NCBI GenBank assembly: GCA_026003015.1
Contig: BPGL01000001.1
Coordinates: forward strand, 423,353 to 487,352
Source: Actinomycetota bacterium
GTDB taxonomy: Bacteria > Actinomycetota > UBA4738 > HRBIN12
Direction of reading: 5' to 3'
DNA length: 64,000 bases
A program made the position numbers and the translations under genes. The notes beneath the pieces are model-generated. The model worked only from the letters and a program-made list of their open reading frames with translations. It had not been told where the DNA came from and did not search any database. This document shows, piece after piece, positions 18,030 to 27,778 of this stretch; position 1 is the stretch's first letter, and each line of letters begins with the position of its first letter.

Positions 18030-19394
18030 TCACATGTGGGCGATCAGCTGCTCGACGCGCTCGTCGACGCTTCGGAACGGGTCCTTGCACAAGACGGTTC
18101 GCTGCGCCTGGTCGTTCAGCTTCAGGTGCACCCAGTCGACCGTGTAGTCGCGCCGCTTCGCCTTCGCCTGACGGATGAAATCCCCGCGGAGCTTGGCTCG
18201 GGTCGTCTGGGGCGGCTCGCGCATCGCCTTGGAGATCGTGCCGTCGTCGGTCACCCGATCCACCCTGCCCTCGCGCTCCAGCAGGTAGTACAGGCCCCGG
18301 TCCCGGTTCACGTCGTGGTAGGCGAGGTCGAGCAGCGCCACCCGAGGGCTGGCGAGCGCGAGGTCGTGCTTGGCCATGTAGCGCTCGATGAGCAGGCGCT
18401 TCGTCACCCAGTCGACCTTCCGAGCCAGCCGCTCCGGCTCGCCGGCGCGCAGCGCCTCGATCGCCCCCGACCACTCCCCGAGCAGCAGCGCGCTCGTCTC
18501 GTCGGCTCCACGGCGCTCGACGAAGCGAGCGGTCTTGTCGAGGTACTCGCTCTGCATCTCGATCGCCGACAGCTCCCGGCCGTTGGCGAGGCGGACGCGG
18601 CGGGTCCCCGTGGGATCGTGACTGATCTCGCGGATCGCCCGGATCGGGTTCTCGAGGGTCATGTCGCGCATGACGACGTTGGCCTCGATCATCCGCAGGA
18701 CGAGGTCGGTGATCCCCACCTTCATGAAGGTGGTCCACTCCGACATGTTCGAGTCGCCGACGATCACGTGCAGGCGGCGGAACCGCTCGGCGTCGGCGTG
18801 CGGCTCGTCGCGCGTGTTGATGATCGGACGCGACCGCGTCGTCGCGCTCGACACCCCCTCCCAGATGTGCTCCGCGCGCTGCGAGACGCAGAACTGCGCG
18901 CCGCGGGGTCCGTGGAGGACCTTGCCGGCGCCGCACCAGATCTGTCGGGTGACGAGGAACGGGATCAGGACGTCGGCCATCCGGGCGAACTCCCCATGGC
19001 GGGCGACGAGGTAGTTCTCGTGGCATCCGTAGGAGTTGCCGGCCGAGTCGGTGTTGTTCTTGAACAGGAAGACCTGTCCGGAGATCCCCTCCTCGTGCAG
19101 CCGCACCTCCGCCGCCGACAGCAGGTGCTCGAGGATCCGCTCTCCGGCCTTGTCGTGGGCGACGAGCTCGCGCACGTCGTCGCACTCGGGCGTCGCGTAC
19201 TCGGGGTGGGAGCCGACGTCGAGGTACAGCCGGGCGCCGTTCTCGAGGAAGACGTTCGAGGAGCGGCCCCAGTGCACGACGCGGCGGAACAGGTAGCGGG
19301 CCACCTCGTCCGGGGACAGGCGTCTCTGCCCCCGGAACGTGCAGGTCACGCCGTACTCGTTCTCGAGGCCGAAGATGCGTCGGTCCACGTCCAC
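18030..19394 (-). CDS. pafA: Pup--protein ligase PafA
   Basis: Shows [12 protein letters not shown] and [20 protein letters not shown], with overall collinearity to Dop. Confidence 0.9.
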   Translation of the reverse strand: MDVDRRIFGLENEYGVTCTFRGQRRLSPDEVARYLFRRVVHWGRSSNVFLENGARLYLDVGSHPEYATPECDDVRELVAHDKAGERILEHLLSAAEVRLHEEGISGQVFLFKNNTDSAGNSYGCHENYLVARHGEFARMADVLIPFLVTRQIWCGAGKVLHGPRGAQFCVSQRAEHIWEGVSSATTRSRPIINTRDEPHADAERFRRLHVIVGDSNMSEWTTFMKVGITDLVLRMIEANVVMRDMTLENPIRAIREISHDPTGTRRVRLANGRELSAIEMQSEYLDKTARFVERRGADETSALLLGEWSGAIEALRAGEPERLARKVDWVTKRLLIERYMAKHDLALASPRVALLDLAYHDVNRDRGLYYLLEREGRVDRVTDDGTISKAMREPPQTTRAKLRGDFIRQAKAKRRDYTVDWVHLKLNDQAQRTVLCKDPFRSVDERVEQLIAHM

Positions 19395-19433
19395 CAGCCT
19401 ACGCCCGCTCGGCGCCGGGCTCGGCAGCCGGCC

Positions 19434-20120
19434 TCAGGAGGCGGCGCGCTCGATCTCCTCGGGCGCGAGGCGGCGGAACTTCCGGCGCTGCGGGCGCGTG
19501 CGATCGAGGACGCCCGCCTCGATCTGCTCGGCCGGCAGGTCGCGGGGCTCCGGCGCGGAGGCCAGGACCCCGATCGCGGTGCGCACGGCCGTGGCGAGGT
19601 CCCATCCCGGCTCGTAGCGGGTGCGCAGGGCCTCGGTCAGCCGCTCGGCCTGCCCGCCGATCACGACGAACCCCTGCTCGTCGGTCACCGACCCGTCGAA
19701 CAGCACGTGGTAGATCGACGTGCCGCCGGCCTCCCCGTCGACCTCGCCGACGAGGATCTCGACCTCGTAGGGCTTGAGCTGCTGGGTGAAGATGGAGGAC
19801 AGCGCCTGCGAGTAGGCGTTCGCGAGGTCCCGGGCCTTCACGTCCTCGCGACCGTAGGCGTAGCCGCGGAGGTCGGCGAGCCGGATCCCCGCGATCCGCA
19901 GCTCCTCGAACTCGGAGTACTTGCCGACACCGGCGAAGGCGATCCGGTCGTAGATCTCGCTGATCTTGTGCAGCGTCGCGCTGGGGTTCTCGGCTAGGAA
20001 CAGCAGGCCGTCGGCGTACTCGAGCCCGATCACCGACCGGCCTCGGGCGATCCCCTTGTGCGCGTACTCCGAGCGGTCCTTCATGAGCTGCTCGGGCGCG
20101 ACGTAGGGCATGAAGCTCAT
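19434..20120 (-). CDS. prcA: 20S proteasome alpha subunit
   Basis: Has the N-terminus MSFMPYVAPEQLMKDRSEYAHKGIARGRSV and sits downstream of prcB. Confidence 0.9.
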   Translation of the reverse strand: MSFMPYVAPEQLMKDRSEYAHKGIARGRSVIGLEYADGLLFLAENPSATLHKISEIYDRIAFAGVGKYSEFEELRIAGIRLADLRGYAYGREDVKARDLANAYSQALSSIFTQQLKPYEVEILVGEVDGEAGGTSIYHVLFDGSVTDEQGFVVIGGQAERLTEALRTRYEPGWDLATAVRTAIGVLASAPEPRDLPAEQIEAGVLDRTRPQRRKFRRLAPEEIERAAS

Positions 20121-20920
20121 CGGGCGCGCTCCTCCTGCACGGCCGCCACCGCCGCCGCCACCTCGTCCTCGGGGACCTCGGCGGCGCCCTGCGGTCCGAC
20201 CGTGAGCAGCACGGGGTAGATCCCGCGGGCCGGATCCGGCCCGCCGGTGGCGGCGTCGTCGTCGGCCGCGTCGATCAGCGCCTCGACGGCGACGCGGATC
20301 GCCTCCTCGCGCGCGAGCCCCGGGCGCCAGCGCTTCTTCAAGGAGTTCTTCGCCGGCAGCGCCCCCGAACCGGTCGCCTGGAAGTCGTCCTCCTCCCAGC
20401 GACCGCCGATCGCGTCGTAGTAGAACAGCCGCCCCTCACCGCGCCGCTCGTCGAAGCCGCCGAACAGCGGCACGACGACGAGCCCCTGCATCGCCATCGG
20501 GAAGTTCTCCCGGATCATCTGGGCGAGGCGGTTCGCCTTGCCCTCGAGCGAGAGCCGGTCGCCGGTGATCTTCTCGTAGTGCTCGAGCTCGAGCTGGAAG
20601 AGCTTGACGAGCTCGACGGCCTGCCCCGCGGCGCCCGCGATCGCGATCGCCGAGTAGTCGTCCGCGGGGAAGACCTTGCGCATGCGGGCGTCGGCGATGA
20701 GGTTGCCGGCGGTCGCTCGGCGGTCGCCGGCGAGCAGGGTCCCGTCGGCGTATCGAAGCCCGAGCACCGTGGTGGCCGACGCGACCTGCAGCTCGGTCGC
20801 CGCGGCGCGCCGAAGGGCCTCGGGGATCGCCTCCGGCCGCTCGCTGCGCACGAGGTCGACGAAGCTCGGGCTCGCGCCGAACGGGGTCCCTGCGAGGGGC
20901 AGCTTGAGCTCGTCGCTCAC
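20117..20920 (-). CDS. prcB: 20S proteasome beta subunit (with propeptide)
   Basis: A propeptide is followed by the active-site Thr context ATTVLGLRYADG, then GDRRATAG. Confidence 0.9.
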   Translation of the reverse strand: MSDELKLPLAGTPFGASPSFVDLVRSERPEAIPEALRRAAATELQVASATTVLGLRYADGTLLAGDRRATAGNLIADARMRKVFPADDYSAIAIAGAAGQAVELVKLFQLELEHYEKITGDRLSLEGKANRLAQMIRENFPMAMQGLVVVPLFGGFDERRGEGRLFYYDAIGGRWEEDDFQATGSGALPAKNSLKKRWRPGLAREEAIRVAVEALIDAADDDAATGGPDPARGIYPVLLTVGPQGAAEVPEDEVAAAVAAVQEERAR

Positions 20921-21117
20921 TCCCCGCCCTTTTGGACGTAGGACTTGACGAACTCCTCGGCGTTCTCCTCGAGGACGGAGTCGATCTCGTCGAGGATCTC
21001 GTCCATCTGCTCGCGGAGCTCGCTGGCCTTCGAGGACGCGCCGACCTGGCCGGCGTCGCCCTCGCCGGGCTCGCCGCCCCCCTTCTTCTGGATCCGCTTC
21101 TGCTCCTGCTCGGGCAT
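20917..21117 (-). CDS. pup: prokaryotic ubiquitin-like protein Pup (C-terminal GGE)
   Basis: A 66-aa acidic protein ending ...FVKSYVQKGGE, located between dop and prcB. Confidence 0.9.
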   Translation of the reverse strand: MPEQEQKRIQKKGGGEPGEGDAGQVGASSKASELREQMDEILDEIDSVLEENAEEFVKSYVQKGGE

Positions 21118-21151
21118 CGGGGCTCCTCGGGTGCCTCGCGTCGGGGCGATT

Positions 21152-22663
21152 CTATCGGGCCGTATCGGATGCGGAGCCCGTCCGCTGGAGCGCCTCGACG
21201 AGCGCGGCCGCGTCGGCGGCGCGCTCGAGCAGCTCGTCGACGTGGGCTCGGCTTCCCCGCAGCGGCTCGCGCATCGGTATGCGCTGCAAGGCGTCTCGAC
21301 CGATGTCCATGATGATCGAGTCCCAGGAGGCCGCGGCGATCGCCTCGGGGAACCGAGCGATGCAGCGGCCGCGGAAGTACGCCCGCGTGCCGTCGGGGGG
21401 CTCCATCATCGCGCGCTCGATCGCCGCGTCGTCCACGAGACGCTCGACCTGACCGGTGGCCGCGAGCCGGTGGTACAGGCCCCGATCGCGCCGGACGTCG
21501 TGGTACTGCAGATCGATCGCACGCAGCTTCGGGTCGGACCAGTCCAGGCCGTCGCGCTCGCGGTAGCCCTCGAGCAGCCGGAGCTTGGCCACCCAGTCGA
21601 GTTGGCCCGCGAGCGACATGGGGTCGGTCTCGAGACCCCGGAGCACCTGCTCCCACCGCTCGAGCACGGAGCGGTTCGACGGGGTGTCCGCCTCGCGATC
21701 CACGTACTTGCGCGCGAGCTCGAAGTACTCCCACTGGAGCTGAACGGCGGTCAGCCGCCGGCCGTCGGTGAGCTCCACGAGCTCCCGCAGCGTCACGTCG
21801 CGCGAGACCGCGTGCAGGGCGCTCACCGGGTTCACGATCGACAGGTCGGGCAGGAACCCATCCTCGATCATCTCGAGCACGATCGCCGTGGTCCCCACCT
21901 TGAGGAACTGGGCGACCTCGCACAGGTTCGCGTCGCCGACGATCACGTGCAGCCGCCGGTACTTCTCCGGGTCGGCGTGCGGCTCGTCGCGCGTGTTGAT
22001 GATCGGGCGCTTGAGGGTGGTTTCGAGGCCGACCTCGGTCTCGAAGAAGTCGGCGCGCTGGGTGAGCTGGTAGCGGTGCCGGCCGCGCTCGTCCCACTGG
22101 CCCTCGAGGCCGAGCTTGCCGGCGCCGGTGAACACCTGCCGGGTGACGAAGAAGGGCGTCAGGTCGCGAACGATGTCAGCGAAGGGCACCCTGCGGTCGA
22201 CGAGGTAGTTCTCGTGCGTCCCGTAGGAGTTGCCCTTGCCGTCGGAGTTGTTCTTGTAGATCGCCAGGGCCGGCGCGCCGGGGAGCTCGCGGGCCACCTC
22301 CTCGAGCGAGCGCTCGAGGATCCGCTCCCCCGCCTTGTCGTGGACGACGAGCTCGAGGGGCGAGGTGCATTCCGGGGTGGAGTACTCCGGGTGGGCGTGG
22401 TCGACGTAGTACCGGGCGCCGTTCGGCAGGATCACGTTCGCCAGCCCCAGGTCCTCCTCGGTGACCTCCCGCGCCGGCACCGGCTCGAAGCCCCGTGCGT
22501 CGCGCAGCGGCGACTCGTCCTCGTAGTCCCAGCGGATCCGCCTGAGCGACCCGGCGTAGGACGAGATCAGCAGGCTGGAGGACAGGACGGGGTTGAAGTC
22601 AGGATGGCCCGGTGAGGCGATCCCGTACTCCGTCTCCGTCCCGCAGACCTTGGGGATGGCCAC
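21152..22663 (-). CDS. dop: depupylase/deamidase Dop
   Basis: Shows KVCGTETEYGI and YYVDHAHPEYSTPEC. It is a paralog of pafA and sits upstream of pup. Confidence 0.9.
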   Translation of the reverse strand: MAIPKVCGTETEYGIASPGHPDFNPVLSSSLLISSYAGSLRRIRWDYEDESPLRDARGFEPVPAREVTEEDLGLANVILPNGARYYVDHAHPEYSTPECTSPLELVVHDKAGERILERSLEEVARELPGAPALAIYKNNSDGKGNSYGTHENYLVDRRVPFADIVRDLTPFFVTRQVFTGAGKLGLEGQWDERGRHRYQLTQRADFFETEVGLETTLKRPIINTRDEPHADPEKYRRLHVIVGDANLCEVAQFLKVGTTAIVLEMIEDGFLPDLSIVNPVSALHAVSRDVTLRELVELTDGRRLTAVQLQWEYFELARKYVDREADTPSNRSVLERWEQVLRGLETDPMSLAGQLDWVAKLRLLEGYRERDGLDWSDPKLRAIDLQYHDVRRDRGLYHRLAATGQVERLVDDAAIERAMMEPPDGTRAYFRGRCIARFPEAIAAASWDSIIMDIGRDALQRIPMREPLRGSRAHVDELLERAADAAALVEALQRTGSASDTAR

Positions 22664-22672
22664 GCGGCCACC

Positions 22673-24415
22673 TTACAGGTACTGGCCGGCGTTGACGCGC
22701 TCCACCTGGCGGCCTTCGCCGGCGTCGCCGAGCAGCGTCCGGACGTAGACGATCCGCTCGCCCTTCTTCCCGGAGATGCGCGCCCAGTCGTCGGGGTTCG
22801 TCGTGTTCGGGAGGTCCTCGTTCTCCTTGAACTCCTCCCGGATCGCGTGGAGGAGGTCGTCGATCTTGATCCCCTTCTCGCCGGTCGACAGGAAGCGCTT
22901 GATGGCGTCCTTCTTGGCTCGACGGACGATGTTCTCGATCATCGCGCCGGAGTTGAAGTCCTTGAAGTACAGGATCTCCTTGTCGCCCGACGCGTAGGTC
23001 ACCTCGAGGAACCGGTTCGGCTCGCTCGGCGCGTACATCTGCTCGACGGTGCGCTCGATCATCCGTCGGCACGCGAGCTGGACGTCGCCGCCGTAGCGCT
23101 CGACCTCCTCGGGGTGGATCGGCACCGAGGGGTGGAGGTACTTCGACATGATCTCGGCCGCCTGCTGCTGGTCCGGCCGCTCGATCTTGATCTTCACGTC
23201 CAGACGGCCCGGGCGCAGGATCGCCGGGTCGATGAGGTCCTCGCGGTTCGAGGCCCCGATCACGATGACGTTCTTCAGGGTCTCGACCCCGTCGAGCTCC
23301 GAAAGGAGCTGCGGCACGATCGTCGACTCCACGTCGGAGGAGATCCCCGTTCCCCGCGTCCGGAAGATCGAGTCCATCTCGTCGAAGAACACGATCACCG
23401 GTAGACCCTCTTCGCTGCGCTCCTTCGCGCGCTGGAAGATCTCGCGGATCTGCCGCTCGGTCTCCCCGACGTACTTGTTGAGCAGCTCCGGCCCCTTGAC
23501 GTTGAGGAAGTAGGAGCGGGCGTCCTCCCGACCGGTGCGCTCGCGCACCTTGTCGGCCAGGGACTTCGCGACGGCCTTCGCGATCAGCGTCTTGCCGCAG
23601 CCCGGGGGGCCGTACAGGAGCACGCCCTTGGGCGGGTCGAGCTCGTGCTCCTGGAACAGCTCGGCGTACAGGAACGGGAGCTCGACCGCGTCGCGGATCG
23701 CCTCGATCTGGCGCTCCAGGCCCCCGATGTCGTCGTAGCTCACGTCGGGGATCTCCTCGAGGACGAGCTCCTCGACCTCCTCCTTGGGGAGCAGCTCGGT
23801 GATCGCGAGCGCCCGCGGGTCGAACAGCACGTGGTCGCCGGCCCGCACGCCCAGCTCGAGGAGCTCCCCGGCCAGGTAGGCCACGTGCTCCTCGTCGCCC
23901 CGACCGACCACGATCGCGCGGTCCTCGCCCAGGCGTTCCTTCACCTTCACGACCTCGCCGGCGCGGTCGGGCTCGATCACCTCGACGACGTTCAGGGACT
24001 CGTTGAGGATCACCTGCGAGCCCGTCGGGATCTTCGCGGTGTCGACGTCGGGGGCCGGCAGCACGCGCATCTTGCGGCCGGCGGTGACGACGTCGAGCGA
24101 ACCGTCGTCGTTCGTCCGCAGGTACACGCCGAAGCTGCTGGGCGGCTGGGCGAGCTTCTCGACCTCCTGGGCGAGGGCCTCGATCCGCTCGCGCTCGGTG
24201 CGCAAGGCGTCGGCCAGGCGCTCGTTCTGGGCGATCGCGCGTGCGAGCTGCTCCCGCGTCTCGACGAGCTTCTCCTCCAGGACCGTCACCTGGTGGGGGG
24301 CGTTGGAGAGGCGACGGCGCAGCAGCCCGACCTCCTCCTCGAGGAACCGGACCTGCGTCTGGAGCTCTTGGACGCGCTCGCGATCGCGCCTGCCGTCGTC
24401 GGGCATCTCGCTCAC
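22673..24415 (-). CDS. arc: proteasome-associated AAA+ ATPase ARC/Mpa
   Basis: Has an N-terminal coiled coil, Walker A GPPGCGKT, Walker [10 protein letters not shown], and the C-terminal GQYL proteasome-docking motif. Confidence 0.9.
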   Translation of the reverse strand: MSEMPDDGRRDRERVQELQTQVRFLEEEVGLLRRRLSNAPHQVTVLEEKLVETREQLARAIAQNERLADALRTERERIEALAQEVEKLAQPPSSFGVYLRTNDDGSLDVVTAGRKMRVLPAPDVDTAKIPTGSQVILNESLNVVEVIEPDRAGEVVKVKERLGEDRAIVVGRGDEEHVAYLAGELLELGVRAGDHVLFDPRALAITELLPKEEVEELVLEEIPDVSYDDIGGLERQIEAIRDAVELPFLYAELFQEHELDPPKGVLLYGPPGCGKTLIAKAVAKSLADKVRERTGREDARSYFLNVKGPELLNKYVGETERQIREIFQRAKERSEEGLPVIVFFDEMDSIFRTRGTGISSDVESTIVPQLLSELDGVETLKNVIVIGASNREDLIDPAILRPGRLDVKIKIERPDQQQAAEIMSKYLHPSVPIHPEEVERYGGDVQLACRRMIERTVEQMYAPSEPNRFLEVTYASGDKEILYFKDFNSGAMIENIVRRAKKDAIKRFLSTGEKGIKIDDLLHAIREEFKENEDLPNTTNPDDWARISGKKGERIVYVRTLLGDAGEGRQVERVNAGQYL

Positions 24416-24556
24416 CTCCGGGCGCCGCGTGGGGGTCGGCTACGTCCGCGCCGTGCGGACGCGCGGCACCGCTCTCTTCAAGGTATCTACGGCAGCCGGG
24501 GCCGGATGGCTTAGGGCCATTTTCCGCCCCGGGGCCGACAAGGCCAGCACCCTCGG

Positions 24557-25336
24557 TCAGCCGAGGCGTCGGGCGATCGTCAGGAACCCCGTGTGCCCCA
24601 CCATCCGGTGCTCGGGTCGGACGCTCCGGGCCCCCACGTGCCAGCTCCGCCGCAGGGTCTCGGAGGTCTCCAGGTGCCAGAAGCCGGCCTCGGGAAGCGC
24701 CCCGACGAGGTGCTGGACCTGGCCGGCGGTCGGGAGGTACGAGCCCAGGACGCCCCCCGGCTCGAGCGCCGCCGCCACCGCGTCCAGCACGGTCCAGGGC
24801 TCCGGCACGTCGAGCAGGCACCGGTCGAAGCGCTCGCCGGTCGCGGCCACGTCCCGGAGGTCGCCCGCGCGCAGCTCGAGCTGCGGGGGGATGGCGCCGA
24901 GGACCGCGGCGACGTTCGCCGCGGCCCGCTCCCGGTGCTCGTCGCGGACCTCGTAGGACACGAGGCGCCCGGTCGGGCCGATGGCGCGCGCGAGCGCGAT
25001 CGTCAGGGCGCCCGAGCCGGTCCCGGCCTCGAGCACCCGAGCTCCGGGGAACACGTCGGCCTCGATCAGGATCGGCCCGAGGTCTTTCGGGTAGATGACC
25101 TGGGCGCCCCGGGGCATCTTCAGCACGTCGTCGGCCAGACGCGGTCGGAACGCGACCAGGCGCATGCCGCCGGTCGTCTCCACGGCCGTGCCCTCGGATC
25201 GTCCCAGGAGCTCGTCGTGGGCGAGCGTGCCGGCGTGCGAGTGGAACGTGCCGCCCGACTGGAGCCGCACGAGGTAGCGGCGACCGCGCTGGTCCAGCAG
25301 CAGCGCCCGGTCCCCCGGGCCGAACGGCGCGCTCAC
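24557..25336 (-). CDS. trmI: tRNA (adenine58-N1)-methyltransferase TrmI
   Basis: Shows the SAM motif VLEAGTGSGALT and the GCD14-type pattern PRGAQVIYPKD. It sits next to arc, as Rv2118c does in M. tuberculosis. Confidence 0.8.
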   Translation of the reverse strand: MSAPFGPGDRALLLDQRGRRYLVRLQSGGTFHSHAGTLAHDELLGRSEGTAVETTGGMRLVAFRPRLADDVLKMPRGAQVIYPKDLGPILIEADVFPGARVLEAGTGSGALTIALARAIGPTGRLVSYEVRDEHRERAAANVAAVLGAIPPQLELRAGDLRDVAATGERFDRCLLDVPEPWTVLDAVAAALEPGGVLGSYLPTAGQVQHLVGALPEAGFWHLETSETLRRSWHVGARSVRPEHRMVGHTGFLTIARRLG

Positions 25337-26334
25337 CCCCGCGGCCCCGCGCCGTAGAGCTCCGCGGGCAGGACCTCCTCGGCGAGCTCCTCGGCGACCT
25401 GACGGTCCTCACCCGCACCCGACGCACGCGGCTCGAGCCGCTCGCCGAGGATCTGGGCCCGAGCCCGACAGAAGGCGCAGAAGCGTCCGGTCGTCGGCTG
25501 GCCGCAGCGCGCGCAGGGCTCGAGCTCGGGGCGGTCCGCTCCCTCGAACCGGGGCCGGCCGCGCTGGAGGTAGCCCAGGAAGAACTGGGCCTTCGTGCCC
25601 GGCGAGCCGGCCTCGATCGCGTTCATCGCCTGCTTGTACCGCAGCTGGGTGTTGCCGGCGACGAGCGGGCACTCCTCCACGACGTAGTCGATCCCGCGCA
25701 GGAACGCGTAGGCGGCCGTCTCGAGCTCCGACAGCCGGAACAGCGGCTTGACCTTCTTCACGAGGCCGTCCGCCGCCGGCAGGACGGGCGACTGCCGCGC
25801 GATCGCGTCCGTCTGCCACCGCAGGGTGTTGCCGAGGAGCGTCGCGGCCTCGTCGTCGAGGTTGTGCCCGGTCGCGACGACGTCGTAGCCCCCCTCGAGC
25901 GCCTCACGGTTGAACACGTAGCGCTTCGACAGCCCGCACACCGCGCAGGTGGAGCGCGACCCGCGGCGCCCGGCCGTGGGAACGTCGAAGCCGTAGGCCT
26001 CGGCGAGGTCGACCTCGCGCAGCGTTGCCGAGCGCGATGCCGCGAAGGCCCGCACGACCTCGGCGGACCGCTCGGAGTAGCCCCCGATCCCCAGCCCCAG
26101 GTACAGCCCGTCGGCCCGGTACCCCAGGTCCAGCAGGATGTCCCACAGGGCCAGGGAGTCCTTGCCGCCGGAGACCGCGACGAGTACCCGATCGCTCGGA
26201 CGCAGCATCGCCCAGGAGCGGATGGCCCGCTCGACCTGCGCCCGGGTGACGTGCAGGAAGCAGCCGCGGCAGTACGCCGCGTTGTGGCGGCGCACCTCGA
26301 CCACGGCCGAACCCCGGCACCGACGGCACTTCAC
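25333..26334 (-). CDS. ttuA: PP-loop tRNA 2-thiolation protein, TtuA/NcsA-like
   Basis: Has N- and C-terminal CxxC zinc fingers, the PP-loop SGGKDS, the GHNLDDEA motif and a Cys trio compatible with an Fe-S site. The GTG start overlaps the stop of the upstream carrier gene. Confidence 0.7.
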   Translation of the reverse strand: MKCRRCRGSAVVEVRRHNAAYCRGCFLHVTRAQVERAIRSWAMLRPSDRVLVAVSGGKDSLALWDILLDLGYRADGLYLGLGIGGYSERSAEVVRAFAASRSATLREVDLAEAYGFDVPTAGRRGSRSTCAVCGLSKRYVFNREALEGGYDVVATGHNLDDEAATLLGNTLRWQTDAIARQSPVLPAADGLVKKVKPLFRLSELETAAYAFLRGIDYVVEECPLVAGNTQLRYKQAMNAIEAGSPGTKAQFFLGYLQRGRPRFEGADRPELEPCARCGQPTTGRFCAFCRARAQILGERLEPRASGAGEDRQVAEELAEEVLPAELYGAGPRG

Positions 26335-26531
26335 CGGCCACCCCCGCTGATCACGGGGCGGATCTCGAGCTCGTCGGCCTCGCCGAGGTGGGTCTCGCGC
26401 GTGAGCAGCTCCCCCGAGCGGATGACGAGCACCGTGTCCGGGTCGACGCCGAGCTCCTCGAGGACCTCACGGACCCGCCGGTCGCCGCGGACCTCGAGCT
26501 CGCGGTCGGGGTTGCGCATGCGGACCTTCAC
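26331..26531 (-). CDS. ThiS/MoaD/TtuB-like beta-grasp sulfur carrier, ending ...ISGGGR
   Basis: About 66 aa: VKVRMRNPDRELEVRGDRRVREVLEELGVDPDTVLVIRSGELLTRETHLGEADELEIRPVISGGGR. It is translationally coupled (GTGA) to the TtuA-like gene. The start is GTG at 26531 or ATG at 26519. Confidence 0.6.
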   Translation of the reverse strand: MKVRMRNPDRELEVRGDRRVREVLEELGVDPDTVLVIRSGELLTRETHLGEADELEIRPVISGGGR

Positions 26532-26572
26532 GAGCAACCAGGCTAGCGCACGGTCCGCGCGCGCTCGATCGC

Positions 26573-27703
26573 TCAGGGCAGGCGCCCGACCGGCAGCGGA
26601 CGGGTGCCGAGCGTGACCTCGACCCTCCGCTGGGCGCCGTCGGCCCCGACGAGCCCGACGGACACGCGGTCGCCCGGCGCGAGGTCCTCGAGCACCGCCC
26701 CCAGGTCGTCGCGCGTCGCGATCGGCCGGCCGTCGAGCTCGATGATGACGTCGCCGCGCTCGATCCCCGCGGCCTCCGCCGGCCCTCCGTCGATCGTCGC
26801 CAAGACGAGGGCCCCGCGCTCGACCGACAGGCCGAGCTGGAAGGCCACGTCCGGCGTGACCGTGTCGGTCGTCACGCCGAGGTAGGCGGCGGGAGCGAGC
26901 GGATCTTCGATCGCTCGCCGGATCGCCTCCTTGGCCCGGTCGATCGGGATCGAGAAGCCGATGTTCTCGGCCTGACCCGGATCGCTCCCGGCGGAGTTGA
27001 TGGCCACGACGCGGCCCTGCATGTCGACGAGGGGGCCGCCGGAGTTGCCTCCGCTGATCGCCGCGTCGGTCTGGATCACGCCGGCGTAGACGCGTACCCC
27101 GTTCGCGCACACCGAGCAGTTGGGGTCCTGAGCCCGGATCGTGCGGTCCAGCGAGGAGACGATGCCCGCGGTGACGCTGGGTCCGCCCTCGAGCCCGAGC
27201 GCGTAGCCGATCGCGACGACCCGCTGCCCGAGCTGGAGGGACGACGAGTCCCCCAGCTCCACGGTCGGCAGGCCCTGCGCCTCGACGTCGAGCACGGCCA
27301 GGTCGTTCTCGCAGTCCCCGCCGATCACCCGGGCGTCGAACCGGCGCGGTTCGGCGTCGGAGGTGGACACGGTGATGCGGCTCGCTCCCTCGATCACGTG
27401 GCAGTTCGTCACGATGACGCCGTCGGAGGTGACGATGAACCCGGTGCCGATCCCCCGCCCGGCGACCGGGTTGCCGAACTCGTCGAGGCGCAGCACGTCG
27501 GTCGTCACGTTCACGACCGCCGGAAGGACCCGACGGACGACGGCCACGACCGGCTCGCCGCCCGCGCTCGGCAGCGGCTCGAAGCTCGGGGTCGGGCTCG
27601 CCGCCCCGCTCGGGCGCGAGCAGGCCGCCAGGACGAGCCCTGCCGCCACCAGCACGCCCAGGGCCCCCCGGCCGGCCGCCCTGCCCCGCTCGCTCCCGTC
27701 CAC
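26573..27703 (-). CDS. HtrA/DegP-family serine protease with PDZ domain
   Basis: Has a signal/lipobox-like N-terminus, the catalytic context TNCHVI, DLAVL, GNSGGPL, and a C-terminal PDZ domain. Confidence 0.85.
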   Translation of the reverse strand: MDGSERGRAAGRGALGVLVAAGLVLAACSRPSGAASPTPSFEPLPSAGGEPVVAVVRRVLPAVVNVTTDVLRLDEFGNPVAGRGIGTGFIVTSDGVIVTNCHVIEGASRITVSTSDAEPRRFDARVIGGDCENDLAVLDVEAQGLPTVELGDSSSLQLGQRVVAIGYALGLEGGPSVTAGIVSSLDRTIRAQDPNCSVCANGVRVYAGVIQTDAAISGGNSGGPLVDMQGRVVAINSAGSDPGQAENIGFSIPIDRAKEAIRRAIEDPLAPAAYLGVTTDTVTPDVAFQLGLSVERGALVLATIDGGPAEAAGIERGDVIIELDGRPIATRDDLGAVLEDLAPGDRVSVGLVGADGAQRRVEVTLGTRPLPVGRLP

Positions 27704-27778
27704 GTCGATCCTTCGACGCTACCGCACCTGGGGTTCGGCGACCCCGGCCGCGCGGGGGCCACTCGAGCGCGTCGGGTG

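Noticed and set aside
18030-22663. The similarity between pafA and dop as a recent duplication or repeat.
   Set aside because: These are ancient paralogs that are always present together in Pup-proteasome loci. Their nucleotide sequences are clearly diverged.
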